DNA of 64,000 bases from NCBI GenBank assembly GCA_963559865.1, contig CAUWMC010000003.1, forward strand, positions 25,056-89,055, written 5' to 3'. Source of the DNA: an uncultured Helicobacter sp. (GTDB taxonomy: Bacteria > Campylobacterota > Campylobacteria > Campylobacterales > Helicobacteraceae). Position 1 is the stretch's first letter. Every line of letters begins with the position of its first letter. The notes under the pieces are model-generated. The model did not search any database, had not been told where the DNA came from, and saw nothing but the letters and a program-made list of their open reading frames with translations. The position numbers were made by a program, and so were the translations under genes. This document shows, one piece after another, positions 20,643 through 33,356 of the stretch.

Positions 20643-21803
20643 ATGAAAAAATCGTTTCTTTTCACTTCAGAATCTGTAACCGAAGGACACCCAGATAAAA
20701 TGGCAGACCAAATCAGTGATGCAGTGCTTGACTACATCATTGAGCGGGATAAAAATGCACGGGTAGCGTGTGAGACTCTTGTAAGCAATGGCTTTTGTGT
20801 TATCGCTGGAGAGCTAAAGACAAGCGTATATGCCCCTATGCAAGAAATTGCTAGAAAAGTCGTGCAAGAAATCGGCTACACAGACGCGCTTTATGGCTTT
20901 GACTACCGCAGTGCAGCGGTGCTAAATGGCATTGGTGAGCAAAGCCCGGATATCAATCAAGGCGTAGATAGGGCTGATGGCGAGATAGGTGCAGGCGATC
21001 AAGGGCTTATGTTTGGCTATGCGTGCCGTGAGACACCCTCTCTTATGCCTTTGCCTATTTGGCTATCCCATCGCATTACAGAGGGCTTAGCAGCAAAACG
21101 CAAAGATGGCACACTGCCTTTTTTACGCCCAGATGGCAAGAGCCAAGTTACTGTGCGTTATGAAGATGGTAAGCCTGTAAGTATTGATACAATCGTTATA
21201 TCAACGCAGCACAGCCCAGAGACACAGCAGACACATTTGAAAGACGCAGTCATTGAAGAAATCGTGCAAAAGGTGATCCCACAAGAGTATCTCAACGATA
21301 ATATTCGTTATTTTGTAAATCCCACAGGCAAATTTGTCATCGGCGGACCACAAGGCGATGCAGGGCTAACCGGGCGTAAAATCATCGTGGATACTTATGG
21401 CGGGAGCTGTCCGCACGGAGGTGGGGCATTTAGCGGGAAAGATCCTAGCAAGGTGGATAGAAGTGCGGCGTATGCGGCTCGCTATGTAGCTAAGAATCTT
21501 GTAGCAAGTGGCGTGTGTGATAAAGCAGTCGTGCAAGTCGCGTATGCTATTGGCGTGGTAGAGCCTGTATCAATCCTTGTAGATACGCAAGGCACAGGCA
21601 AGGTGGAAGATTCTGTATTAACAGAATGTGTGAAAAAAGTCTTTAGACTTACGCCTAAAGGCATTATAGAATCTTTAGACTTACTTCGTCCTATTTATCG
21701 CAAAACTGCAGCGTATGGACACTTTGGACGAGAATTGCCGGAACTTTCTTGGGAGAAAACTGATAAGGTTGAAGCGATTAAAGATTTCTGTGGAGTGAAG
21801 TAA
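20643..21803 (+). CDS. metK: S-adenosylmethionine synthetase
   Basis: [27 protein letters not shown] and TAAYGHFG motifs. Confidence 0.98.
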   Translation: MKKSFLFTSESVTEGHPDKMADQISDAVLDYIIERDKNARVACETLVSNGFCVIAGELKTSVYAPMQEIARKVVQEIGYTDALYGFDYRSAAVLNGIGEQSPDINQGVDRADGEIGAGDQGLMFGYACRETPSLMPLPIWLSHRITEGLAAKRKDGTLPFLRPDGKSQVTVRYEDGKPVSIDTIVISTQHSPETQQTHLKDAVIEEIVQKVIPQEYLNDNIRYFVNPTGKFVIGGPQGDAGLTGRKIIVDTYGGSCPHGGGAFSGKDPSKVDRSAAYAARYVAKNLVASGVCDKAVVQVAYAIGVVEPVSILVDTQGTGKVEDSVLTECVKKVFRLTPKGIIESLDLLRPIYRKTAAYGHFGRELPELSWEKTDKVEAIKDFCGVK

Positions 21804-21820
21804 GAAGAGATAGAATCTAA

Positions 21821-21855
21821 GTGAGTTAGAATCTAAACAATAGATTCTAACTCAC
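21821..21855. terminator. Bidirectional terminator with a perfect 15-bp stem
   Basis: gtgagttagaatcta-aacaa-tagattctaactcac between convergent metK and ychF. Confidence 0.75.
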
Positions 21856-21884
21856 CTTAAAAACTTAAACTTCAAATACACTAT

Positions 21885-22985
21885 CTACACATTAAACCTA
21901 AAGTGCATTACATCGCCATCTTGCACGACATAGTCCTTACCTTCAATCCGCATAGCCCCAGCTTCTTTTGCCTTTGCTTCTCCGCCATATTTGATAAAAT
22001 CATCATAGCTTATACATTCCGCACGGATAAAGCCCTTTTCAAAATCCTTATGTATCACACTAGCCGCCTTTGGTGCTAAATCCCCACGCCTTATCGTCCA
22101 AGCTCGAACTTCTTTCACCCCCGCAGTGAAGTAGCTAATAAGCCCTAGCCTTGAAAAGCCCTCTCTAATAATCTGCTCTAGCCCACTTTCACTTGCCCCA
22201 AGACTTGCCAAAAACTCCGCTCTTTCACTATCTTCCATTCCTACCATCTCTTCTTCAATCTTCGCACAAAGCTTGATAGCAATGCCCCCATTTTGTGCGG
22301 CGTATTCACGCACTTTTCGCACATATTCGTTATCTGAATCTAGCCCATCTTCACTCACATTTGCCCCATACATCACTTCCTTATTTGTGAGAAATCGCAA
22401 CTCACGATTAAGTGTCAAAAACTCTTCACTATCCTTTTTAGCAAAGGTTTTTACCGGCTTATTAGATTCTAAATGTGCTAAAAGCTCTTGTGCAATGGAG
22501 AGTTGTGCGTTTGCACCCTTTTGTGCTTTGCTCTCTTTTTGTAGCTTTTCAATGCGTTTATTAAGGCTTGCCATATCAGCAAAAAGCAGCTCTAGCTCAA
22601 TAATCTCAATATCACTAATAGGGTCAATCCGCCCCTCTATATGCGTAATATTAGAATCTTCAAAGCATCGCACAATATGCAAAATCATATCCGCTTCTTT
22701 GATATTTGCCAAAAACTGATTGCCTAGCCCCTCGCCTTTGCTAGCCCCTCTTACAAGCCCTGCAATATCTACAAACTCCACGACTGAATGTTGAATCTTT
22801 TGGGGATTTACTATCTTTGCCAACTCATCTAGCCTAGAATCTGGCACAGGCACAACCGCCTTATTTGGCTCAATCGTGCAGAATGGATAGTTTGCCGCCT
22901 CTGCGTTTTGTGCCTTTGTGAGTGCATTAAAAGTCGTTGATTTACCAACATTTGGAAGCCCAACAATACCAATTGATAGTCCCAT
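21885..22985 (-). CDS. ychF: Redox-regulated ATPase YchF
   Basis: GLPNVGKST, NYPFCTIEPN, DIAGLV and HKDFEKGFIRAE motifs. Confidence 0.97.
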   Translation of the reverse strand: MGLSIGIVGLPNVGKSTTFNALTKAQNAEAANYPFCTIEPNKAVVPVPDSRLDELAKIVNPQKIQHSVVEFVDIAGLVRGASKGEGLGNQFLANIKEADMILHIVRCFEDSNITHIEGRIDPISDIEIIELELLFADMASLNKRIEKLQKESKAQKGANAQLSIAQELLAHLESNKPVKTFAKKDSEEFLTLNRELRFLTNKEVMYGANVSEDGLDSDNEYVRKVREYAAQNGGIAIKLCAKIEEEMVGMEDSERAEFLASLGASESGLEQIIREGFSRLGLISYFTAGVKEVRAWTIRRGDLAPKAASVIHKDFEKGFIRAECISYDDFIKYGGEAKAKEAGAMRIEGKDYVVQDGDVMHFRFNV

Positions 22986-22987
22986 AC

Positions 22988-25188
<2,201 letters not shown>

Positions 25189-25737
25189 CTATTTTCCCTC
25201 ATATTCCAAAATGCTGAATACTTTTGTGTGTGAAAGGAGCTTTTTCTCACCTTGCAATCCTTTGAGATTGATAATAAAAGCCGCCTCAACACATTCAGCC
25301 CCCATAGATTCTATTAGCTTCACACTTGCTTCTGCTGTGCCACCTGTGGCAATTAAGTCATCTACTAACACAACTTTTGGATTTTTAACCTCTCTAAATG
25401 CGTCAATATGCATCTCCACTTCATCAAAGCCATATTCTAGGCTATACTTTTCACTCACGGTTGTAAAAGGAAGCTTACCTTTTTTGCGTATAGGGACAAA
25501 GCCAATGCCCATAGCAAATGCCAAAGCCGAGCCAAAAATAAAACCCCTTGCTTCAATCCCAGCGATAAAGTCTATTTTTTTATCCATATAGCGATTTTTT
25601 AGAATCTCAATCACTCCATTAAAAACTTCAGCATTCCCAATCAGCGTGGTAATGTCGCGGAAAATAATATCAGGCTTTGGGTAGTCAGGTATAGCGCGTA
25701 TAGAATCTGCTATCTTTTGTTTATCTATGGTATTCAT
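25189..25737 (-). CDS. apt: Adenine phosphoribosyltransferase
   Basis: FRDIT, IEARGF, RKKGKLP and [10 protein letters not shown] motifs. Confidence 0.97.
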   Translation of the reverse strand: MNTIDKQKIADSIRAIPDYPKPDIIFRDITTLIGNAEVFNGVIEILKNRYMDKKIDFIAGIEARGFIFGSALAFAMGIGFVPIRKKGKLPFTTVSEKYSLEYGFDEVEMHIDAFREVKNPKVVLVDDLIATGGTAEASVKLIESMGAECVEAAFIINLKGLQGEKKLLSHTKVFSILEYEGK

Positions 25738-25773
25738 TCAAAAACTCCTTTATGTGATTTTAAAGAGAGAATC

Positions 25774-26127
25774 TTAGAGCAACGCCTCTATTTTTTGCTC
25801 TAAGTCTTTGATTCTAGCCTTATACTTATCGGTTTCAATTCTATATTGAGAATTTCGCGATTTGAGCACCTTTACTTCATTTTTAAGTGCATTCATCTCT
25901 TGAGTAAGAATGTCAATATTCCCCAACGCCCTTTGTAGCTGCAACTGATGCTTACGGATAAGAATCTCCGCTTCATTAAGTGTGAGCTTCATCGCTGCGG
26001 AGTTTCTCTCCTCCTTTTGTGCCACAGAGCGATAGAAAAATGTCCGCACAAGCATATATAACACAAATAGAATAAATCCTGTAAGAAAAAACCATTGTGC
26101 GATAAAAGTCCCAACACCTTGTCCCAT
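25774..26127 (-). CDS. Conserved hypothetical protein (transmembrane segment plus coiled coil), HP0573-like
   Basis: N-terminal transmembrane segment, heptad-rich C-terminus, conserved position between rpiB and apt. Confidence 0.75.
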   Translation of the reverse strand: MGQGVGTFIAQWFFLTGFILFVLYMLVRTFFYRSVAQKEERNSAAMKLTLNEAEILIRKHQLQLQRALGNIDILTQEMNALKNEVKVLKSRNSQYRIETDKYKARIKDLEQKIEALL

Positions 26128-26142
26128 AAGCCTCTCCTTAAT

Positions 26143-26598
26143 TTAGCCTAAATCCTGCAATTTATCAACCCTCTGCGTATGTCGCCCACCCTCAAATTCC
26201 GAATCTATAAATGCTTCAAGGATTGACTCCACCTCACCAAGTCCGCTCACACGCTCCCCCATACATAAGACATTAGCATCATTATGTAATCTCGCCATTT
26301 TTGCCATATACGCATCGTGGCATAATGCTGCACGGATATGTTTATAACGATTAGCAGCAATGCTCATTCCAATTCCGCTCCCACAAATCAAAATCCCCTT
26401 GTATTGTGGATTCTCTTTCAAAGCATCGCATACTTTTTTTGCATAATCAGGATAATCCACCCTTTGTGTATCTTGTGGGGCTAAATCAATCACGCTAAAG
26501 CCCTTTTCCTGCAACAAAGTAATCACAAAGTTTTTAATATTCACCCCAGCGTGATCTGTGCCTATCACATAAGTTTGTTTTTGATTGTCTCTTTGCAT
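26143..26598 (-). CDS. rpiB: Ribose-5-phosphate isomerase B
   Basis: TDHAG, CGSGIGMSIAAN, HNDANVL and FEGGRH motifs. Confidence 0.95.
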   Translation of the reverse strand: MQRDNQKQTYVIGTDHAGVNIKNFVITLLQEKGFSVIDLAPQDTQRVDYPDYAKKVCDALKENPQYKGILICGSGIGMSIAANRYKHIRAALCHDAYMAKMARLHNDANVLCMGERVSGLGEVESILEAFIDSEFEGGRHTQRVDKLQDLG

Positions 26599-26617
26599 AT
26601 TGTCCCCTTGCTTGTCT

Positions 26618-27634
26618 TTATTTAGGCATTGCGTCTCTCATTTTTTGTTCCAAGCCCTCTGTTGTTCTAAACATTCTATCCCAGCGGATTGTGTAGCGTT
26701 TGCTCTTATCTATATCCGCCCCAGATTCTTCGCTATTTGCCTTATTTAAGCTAAGATAGATAAACCACGGCTGCCCGACAATATTTTTATATGGCACACT
26801 CCCCCAAAAGCGTGAATCAAAGCTATTATTGCGATTATCACCTACCATAAAAAACTCATCTTGCTTAATTTTGATATAAAACATATCATCATATTTTTCC
26901 ATACTGCGAATTGTTCTATTATTAAACATATCCGTAAAAGCGACATTTCTATCCTCTATAAGCCCATTTGTATCTGTGATATATTCTTTTTTCCATAGCT
27001 CACACCCAAGCTCACCATCGCCTATATTTGCACCTCCCATACCCTCTACACACACTCTTTTGTAGAGCTTTCCTTGCTCATCTGCTTTGTAACGAATTTC
27101 ACTATAAGGATTCTCATAATACACGCTCTCATAGGCAATGCCCGGGTGTTGCCCCATATACGGCTCTTTGACAAAAAGTTTGCCAAACCGCTCCACAAGC
27201 ACATAGCCAGAAAAATGCTCTTTAATATACTCATCGCCCTCAAATGGACGCAAATACATTCCATCTTTATCAAAAATCACTTCATCGCCACCCACAGCAA
27301 AAGTGCGTTTGACATAATATACCTTTTGCTCGTGCGGAGGGATAAAGACTACCACATCACCCCTTTTTGGTCGCTCTCCCTCAAGCAAATGCCCATTTCC
27401 ACGAAAATCAGGCAATACATTCACTTCAACCCAAGGGATTCTAGGCGTTGGGATTCCATAGCTAAATTTTTTCACAAACAAAAAATCACCCTCATATAAT
27501 GTCCCCACCATTGAACGCGTAGGAATCACAAAAGCCTGCATAACAAAGAATATCAAAAATAAAACGATGATAATCGTCCCTGTCCAGCTTGAAACAAATG
27601 CTTTTAGTCCATTAAAAATTTTTTTCATAATCAT
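26618..27634 (-). CDS. lepB: Signal peptidase I
   Basis: IPTRSM (catalytic Ser), YVKR (catalytic Lys) and GDNRNNSFDSRFWG motifs. Confidence 0.95.
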   Translation of the reverse strand: MIMKKIFNGLKAFVSSWTGTIIIVLFLIFFVMQAFVIPTRSMVGTLYEGDFLFVKKFSYGIPTPRIPWVEVNVLPDFRGNGHLLEGERPKRGDVVVFIPPHEQKVYYVKRTFAVGGDEVIFDKDGMYLRPFEGDEYIKEHFSGYVLVERFGKLFVKEPYMGQHPGIAYESVYYENPYSEIRYKADEQGKLYKRVCVEGMGGANIGDGELGCELWKKEYITDTNGLIEDRNVAFTDMFNNRTIRSMEKYDDMFYIKIKQDEFFMVGDNRNNSFDSRFWGSVPYKNIVGQPWFIYLSLNKANSEESGADIDKSKRYTIRWDRMFRTTEGLEQKMRDAMPK

Positions 27635-27644
27635 ATCCTTTTGT

Positions 27645-28499
27645 TTATGCTCTTTGTGTCAAGCGATACAATGCAGCTTTATAGGTATTTTGCAATAATG
27701 TAGCAATCGTCATAGGTCCTACTCCACCGGGCACAGGGGTAATAAAACTTACCTTTTTAGAGACATTTTCAAAATCCACATCGCCCACCAACGCCCCAGA
27801 TTCCAAACGATTAATGCCAATATCCACCACAATAGCACCCTCTTTTATCATATCCTCTGTGATTAGCCCAGCCTTACCCACGCCAACACACACAATATCC
27901 GCATTTTTAGTATAAGCACTCACATCTCGCGTTAGAATATGCGTGCAGCTCACACTCGCACCAGCATTTAGCATTAACGCAGCAAGAGGCTTACCTACGA
28001 TATTGCTCATTCCTACAATGACAACATCTTTGCCACTCACATCAATATCATAATGCTTTAAAAGATTCATAACACCAAGTGGTGTAGCAGGAATAAAGCC
28101 ATCAAGATTCACGCTCAATCGCCCCACATTAAAAGGGTGGAATCCATCTACATCTTTGCGTGGATCTATGGCTTCAAGCACCTTTGAAGTTTGGATATGC
28201 TGAGGCAGAGGCAGTTGCACCAAAATCCCATCAATATTTGGATTCTTATTTAAAATATCAATCACGGAGAGTAACTCATCTTCGGTAATACTTGGAGGCA
28301 TTTCGTGTGTTACAGAGTAGATTCCCACACGCTTACACGCCTTAGCCTTCATCTGCACATACGCGCAACTTGCAGGATCATTTCCCACTAAAATCACCGC
28401 TAAACCGGGAGTTATGCCTTGTTTTGTAAGATTATGAATCTTTGTCGTTAAATCTTGTTCAATATTTGCACTTAGAGTTTTGCCATCAAGTAAAGTCAT
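27645..28499 (-). CDS. folD: Methylene-THF dehydrogenase/cyclohydrolase
   Basis: [17 protein letters not shown] and [11 protein letters not shown] motifs. Confidence 0.97.
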   Translation of the reverse strand: MTLLDGKTLSANIEQDLTTKIHNLTKQGITPGLAVILVGNDPASCAYVQMKAKACKRVGIYSVTHEMPPSITEDELLSVIDILNKNPNIDGILVQLPLPQHIQTSKVLEAIDPRKDVDGFHPFNVGRLSVNLDGFIPATPLGVMNLLKHYDIDVSGKDVVIVGMSNIVGKPLAALMLNAGASVSCTHILTRDVSAYTKNADIVCVGVGKAGLITEDMIKEGAIVVDIGINRLESGALVGDVDFENVSKKVSFITPVPGGVGPMTIATLLQNTYKAALYRLTQRA

Positions 28500-28571
28500 T
28501 TTAAGCCTTTGTGATTATCATTTCGCTATTATAATACAAGATGTTAAAAATACTGCTTCAAGCGAGGAAAT

Positions 28572-28901
28572 ATGAGTAAAAAACTAATGTTATACGCTCT
28601 AGTGGTGGGATTTATCCACGCTCAAAGTGAGATACTTTCATTAAATGAATATGGTAAAAATCTCTATGAGAATCCACGCGGTATTGCGTGTAGTAAATGC
28701 CACGGAGCAAGTGGAGAGCCTACCATAATAGCACACTACAAGCACAAAGGCATAGAAAAAACACTTCTTGCTCCTCGTATTAACAACATTGAATTTAGCA
28801 TATTTGAAAAGGCACTTAAAAAGCAAAAGGGTGTTATGCCCACATATTATCTTACAGATGAAGAGATAAAAGCCATTTATATGTATCTCTACCGCCCATA
28901 A
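28572..28901 (+). CDS. Small periplasmic monoheme c-type cytochrome
   Basis: Signal peptide, CSKCH heme motif and distal GVMP methionine. Confidence 0.88.
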   Translation: MSKKLMLYALVVGFIHAQSEILSLNEYGKNLYENPRGIACSKCHGASGEPTIIAHYKHKGIEKTLLAPRINNIEFSIFEKALKKQKGVMPTYYLTDEEIKAIYMYLYRP

Positions 28902-28984
28902 TCGCCTAATAAATCAAAGGATACATAAGGGAATTTTGTGGAGATTCTAAAAGTTTGAATAAACTACAAAGAGTGAGAATTTAA

Positions 28985-29008
28985 CCCTCCCCTTACCCAA
29001 GGAGAGGG
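28985..29008. terminator. Putative terminator hairpin between the cytochrome c gene and flaA
   Basis: ccctc-c-cctt / aagg-a-gaggg stem between convergent genes. Confidence 0.4.
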
Positions 29009-29040
29009 AAAGGAGTGGCTAAAGCCAAGAGAATGCTTAA

Positions 29041-30564
29041 TTAGTTAAGCAATCTTAGGATATTTTGCTGAATAGCATTTGCTTGAGAAAGTGCATAGCT
29101 ACCAGATTGAGCAAGGATATTAAGCTTGCTAAATTCTGAACTTTCAGCTGCAAAATCCACTTCACGGATACCAGATTCAGCTGCCTTAACATTCACTTGA
29201 GTAATAGTGATGTTATTGACTGTGCTTACCATTTGTCCTTGAACAGAACCAAGGTCAGCTCTAATCTTATCAAGCATTTTTTGTGCAGATTCTGCGATAT
29301 CCATTGTTACCATAGCACCACGCAAACTTGTTACACCAGCACCAAGATCCGCACCACCACTTGCGATAACCGCATTGTAGTTTGCACCTGAAGCAGACTT
29401 CACATCAGCGTTAAACACACCTGTTACATCACGAAGGTTTGCTGTTGTTTGAGCAACCTTTGTATCATCTTTATAACCTGTTGAGCTAATGTTTGTCCCA
29501 GAGACAACAATATCTCTCGCATCAGTTCTTACAAGTGAAAGGCGTCCATAGTTTGTAGAGCCTTGTTTCAAATCGTGAGTGCCATTTACCATTTCTACTG
29601 AAATAGGACCTTGATTACCCACAGCACCATCAATTTTTAAATCAATACCGCGTCCATCTGTGCTTCTTAGCATTAAGCGACCGAAGTTATCAGTATAAGC
29701 CTCAACACCTGTATGCATTGTAGCAGCATTGAAAGCCTGAACCAAACGACCATCGCTATCATTTTTCTTAATGCCGATGATATCCCCAATAGAGATTCCA
29801 TTAATCATAACGCCCGCCATACTTCCAGACTTAATCGCCTCATTAGAAGTAGTAATGGCATTTGCTTGAGCACGAACACCTGTCTTATCAGAGTTTTTAT
29901 TGATAACTTCGGCTAAAACGCCAAGCCCTGTTCCTGCTGAGTGAGAAATCTTTACAGATTCTAAAGTAACATCATTCACACCATCAACATTCTTAAACAC
30001 AACTGTTGTTTCACCAGAAGCTGTTACAAGCGCTCCCGTCTCTACACGAACCTGTCCAATCTTATCAGATGTTGTTGAACCAATAGAAGCCTTGATAGAT
30101 TGATTTGAGTAAGCTCCCACTTGGAATTCTTTGTTTGAGAATTGCCCTGAAAGCAACGCCATACCATTATAAGTGGTAGTATTACCAATATTATCAAGAC
30201 CCTCAATAAGTCGCTTAATGTCCATTTGAATCATTGAACGAGATTGAGTAGATTGCCCATCTTGAGCTGCTTGAACCGCTTTAGTTTTGATTGTATCAAG
30301 GATTTTGATTTGCTCATCCATCGCCTTATCCGCAATTTGGATAATCCCCATACCATCATTTGTATTTCTAATTGCTTGTCCTAAAGCACTTGCTTGAGAA
30401 CGCAAACTATCAGCAATCGCCATACCTGAAGCATCATCTGCTGCCTTGTTGATTCTAAGACCTGAACTCAACTTCTCCATTGAGTTTTTAAGGTTGTATT
30501 GAGTAAAAGTCGAAACAGCGTGCGCATTGAGTGCGTTTATGTTAGTATTGACCTGAAAAGCCAT
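29041..30564 (-). CDS. flaA: Flagellin A
   Basis: [31 protein letters not shown] and QNILRLL motifs; sigma28 promoter upstream. Confidence 0.93.
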   Translation of the reverse strand: MAFQVNTNINALNAHAVSTFTQYNLKNSMEKLSSGLRINKAADDASGMAIADSLRSQASALGQAIRNTNDGMGIIQIADKAMDEQIKILDTIKTKAVQAAQDGQSTQSRSMIQMDIKRLIEGLDNIGNTTTYNGMALLSGQFSNKEFQVGAYSNQSIKASIGSTTSDKIGQVRVETGALVTASGETTVVFKNVDGVNDVTLESVKISHSAGTGLGVLAEVINKNSDKTGVRAQANAITTSNEAIKSGSMAGVMINGISIGDIIGIKKNDSDGRLVQAFNAATMHTGVEAYTDNFGRLMLRSTDGRGIDLKIDGAVGNQGPISVEMVNGTHDLKQGSTNYGRLSLVRTDARDIVVSGTNISSTGYKDDTKVAQTTANLRDVTGVFNADVKSASGANYNAVIASGGADLGAGVTSLRGAMVTMDIAESAQKMLDKIRADLGSVQGQMVSTVNNITITQVNVKAAESGIREVDFAAESSEFSKLNILAQSGSYALSQANAIQQNILRLLN

Positions 30565-30570
30565 GGTAAC

Positions 30571-30600
30571 TCCTTTTTTTGTTTTTCCTTAGGTGTCCTT
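30571..30600 (-). promoter_or_regulatory. Three AAGGA (CsrA-type) motifs in the flaA leader
   Basis: The leader reads AAGGAcacctAAGGAaaaacaaaaaAAGGAgttaccATG; the last copy is the RBS. Confidence 0.5.
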
Positions 30601-30617
30601 GCCCTTGGTTGAAAGAC

Positions 30618-30644
30618 ATATCGGCTATGTAAAAATTTTTTTAA
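30618..30644 (-). promoter_or_regulatory. Sigma28 (FliA) promoter of flaA
   Basis: TTAAA -35 box and GCCGATAT -10 box with a 14-15 nt spacer on the minus strand. Confidence 0.85.
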
Positions 30645-30822
30645 TGTATTTTGCTAGATTCTGTATTTTTTGCGTGAAATATTGAATCTCAAGACATTGG
30701 CAAGTTACTTTTAGAGACATTATAGGCACAAAACAAGCAAACTTACACCTACAATATATAATAATAACTTTGTCAGTGCATAATTAAAGTTTAAAATAAA
30801 CTTGCCTTTTAGGAGTTTCACA

Positions 30823-31287
30823 ATGGAAGATATATTTGACCCAAAATCTTTAACAATGAGTGTGCTTGCCTCACCAAGTATGGCAAACTTTAGCGGTGTT
30901 ATGCACGGCGGAGAGCTTATGAAGCTTTTAGATCAAGTGGCGTATGCTTGTGCTACACGATATTGTGGCTGCGGCGTGGTAACTATCGGTGTTGATGGAA
31001 TGGTATTTAAAAACCCCATTCCCATTGGCTCACTTGTGATTTTTCTTGCCTCTGTGAATTATGTAGGGAGCAGTAGCTGCGAAGTGGGGATTAAAGTCAT
31101 TAGTGAAGATATTAAAAATCGCTTTGTTACACATTGCAATAGCTGCTACTTTACAATGGTAGCCATTGACAAAGAGGGTAAAAAAGTCAAAATCCCACCA
31201 CTCACCCCCACCACAGAAGCCGAAAAAAGACGCTTTGAAGCAGCTAAAAAACGCAAAGAATTTAGAATCCAAATCAAACCTAACTAA
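30823..31287 (+). CDS. Acyl-CoA thioesterase (HotDog, YciA-like)
   Basis: ANFSGVMHGG, LLDQVA, VNYVGSSS and YFTMVA motifs; AGGAG RBS before ATG 30823. Confidence 0.9.
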   Translation: MEDIFDPKSLTMSVLASPSMANFSGVMHGGELMKLLDQVAYACATRYCGCGVVTIGVDGMVFKNPIPIGSLVIFLASVNYVGSSSCEVGIKVISEDIKNRFVTHCNSCYFTMVAIDKEGKKVKIPPLTPTTEAEKRRFEAAKKRKEFRIQIKPN

Positions 31288-31379
31288 ACCTTGACAAATT
31301 TTCTCTAGCCCTAAAGCAACATCAATCCAGCATTGCAGAATCTTTGGGGCAATCTCTACATTAAACTTCATCAATGATT

Positions 31380-33338
31380 TTATGGCTTTTCACATTCCTT
31401 TGCCTTAGCTTTCATAAGAAAGTTTTGCAGTGCGGAGACACGCCCTTTGAGATAAGCTTGAAAATCTGGAAAAGATTCAAGTAAAATAGCTAGAATCGTG
31501 CTTGTATAGGGCATTTTTTGAATCTCCTTTAATGCCTCCTCATTATTTTGAAAAATAAATCTATTGAGATTCAAATCCGCCACCTTCAAGCGAAAATACA
31601 CATTCCCATCAGCCACTTGCTCTAAGAGGCTTGAGGGCAATATCTCATCTGTCATTATGCCATTTTCCTTATCAAAAAACAGGCTATATCCGCACACACT
31701 CTGCTTTTCTTGCAGTCTCCCCAAACGCTCATCTATGGGTAGATTCTGTTTATAGCATTTCCTATCCGCCACGCCCACAACCATAAACCTATCAAAATCA
31801 ACAAAGTATTTGCTCATTTGAGCAAAATCCACAACGCCAAAGACCTCCTCCATACGAATCTTAAATAAATCCGGTGCAATGCCCTCATAGCCCTGAATCT
31901 TATATGCCTGATACACTAAAGATAGCATCAACTCCACATCTGCAGCATCAAGGCAAAATACTTCTCCCTGCGGGGTATTTTGCTCCTTTGCCATAAGCTC
32001 CTTTATTTTCTGCATTTCTTGCGGGGACAAATCAAGGGCGATCTTTATAAATCCATCTTCATCTTTAGGCCTACTCTCTACAAAACTAATAGAGCTAAAA
32101 GCTTCTCTATCGGTTTTTTCTAGCACTCCTAGCATTTCTTTATATAGATTCATATCATCTTCATTTATGACATCAGTATATTGAGCGAGTTCAGTTTGAA
32201 TCCTGTGTAATAGATTCTCAAAATACTCTCTATCTTGGTGCAAGCCCGATAAGATATACGCTCCAACAAACATTGAAGCGAGATAGTTTTGAAAATATGC
32301 TGCTGAAAATGTATGCTGCTGAATCTGAATAAACTGAAAGTCTTTTTGTAAATATTCTAGGGCAGATTCTATATTAGGCGAGACATTATCGTTTAAAAAT
32401 GCAAGGGTGAGATAATTAAGCCCATAAATGTAATTCCCCACTTCAGCATCTTCATAAGTGTTTTTCAGCGGATTTTGTGCAATCTCTACAATCTCTTTTG
32501 CCTGTGGGCTTGCAAAGTCCCTTATTTGAAATAACTCATAGGCTTTTTGCAAACGCTCAGTCTCCGCCCCACCCATATCTCGCTCTCTCTGCACTATAAA
32601 TGAATATGTCAAAAGTTGCTGTAAGATTCTATCTATTGGCATTTGCCCTTGCAACGAAGCATCGCCAAACAGCTCTAACGCCTTGTCATATAGCTCATAA
32701 TGCTTAGGCGGAAGAAAATCTTTATATTGTTTAAGGTAATTTTGAGTTTCAGCCTTAAAGCGTAAAGTATTCTCTAAATCCCGTTCCAATGTTTGGCTAC
32801 GATACAATCCATAAAGAGCCAAAAGCCGTATTTGAATCTGAAATTCTATCACTTCTCCAAGCAAGCCAGATTCTTTAGCATTCTCTTCTTGCTTCCACAG
32901 CAAATCCTTAAGACTATCCACACTGCCCTGCTCCACGAGTAAAAGAGCAAGATCGGTATCAATCTCTAGCTCATAGGCGAGATCTATCGTAATAGCATTT
33001 TGTGCTGTCCTTTCCCGCAAATCTTTCTTTATCAAATGGATTGTTTCAGGGATTTGCTGATAAGAACCCACGCCCTTATTTATCTCGTAGGCTTTTTGCA
33101 AGTAGCCTTTCACATTTGCAGGGCTAGACAATGAAGTATCTTGCTCTTTATTGCTAGGCTCATATACAACATAAGCTAGAATCTTATCCATAATACTCCC
33201 AAGATTATCGCTCACTTCAAGCTTTAGCTCGGGCTTTTGTGCTTGAGGCTCTAAATCTTGTGCCTTTTTAGAATCATCACTACAAGCAAAAAGCCCAAAC
33301 ATCACAAGCACAAGCCCCAAAATTCTAAGTATTCTCAT
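31380..33338 (-). CDS. Uncharacterised 652-aa lipoprotein with two degenerate ~183-aa helical repeats
   Basis: Lipobox LFAC; LQKAYE and LxQYxD...LY motifs recur 546-549 nt apart. Confidence 0.7.
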   Translation of the reverse strand: MRILRILGLVLVMFGLFACSDDSKKAQDLEPQAQKPELKLEVSDNLGSIMDKILAYVVYEPSNKEQDTSLSSPANVKGYLQKAYEINKGVGSYQQIPETIHLIKKDLRERTAQNAITIDLAYELEIDTDLALLLVEQGSVDSLKDLLWKQEENAKESGLLGEVIEFQIQIRLLALYGLYRSQTLERDLENTLRFKAETQNYLKQYKDFLPPKHYELYDKALELFGDASLQGQMPIDRILQQLLTYSFIVQRERDMGGAETERLQKAYELFQIRDFASPQAKEIVEIAQNPLKNTYEDAEVGNYIYGLNYLTLAFLNDNVSPNIESALEYLQKDFQFIQIQQHTFSAAYFQNYLASMFVGAYILSGLHQDREYFENLLHRIQTELAQYTDVINEDDMNLYKEMLGVLEKTDREAFSSISFVESRPKDEDGFIKIALDLSPQEMQKIKELMAKEQNTPQGEVFCLDAADVELMLSLVYQAYKIQGYEGIAPDLFKIRMEEVFGVVDFAQMSKYFVDFDRFMVVGVADRKCYKQNLPIDERLGRLQEKQSVCGYSLFFDKENGIMTDEILPSSLLEQVADGNVYFRLKVADLNLNRFIFQNNEEALKEIQKMPYTSTILAILLESFPDFQAYLKGRVSALQNFLMKAKAKECEKP

Positions 33339-33356
33339 TTTTATCTCCTTTTTGCC

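Noticed and set aside
22273-22719. 148-aa ORF antisense to ychF, and the many other 60-140 aa overlapping ORFs in the track
   Set aside because: They lie wholly inside well-supported genes on another frame or strand and have non-protein-like composition.
26599-26617. Absence of the site-2 protease gene found between rpiB and lepB in H. pylori
   Set aside because: A simple synteny difference with no remnant visible; the gene may be elsewhere in the genome.
28508-28535. Fur-box-like gattatcattt upstream of the cytochrome c gene
   Set aside because: Only a partial match in AT-rich DNA, so it cannot be supported.
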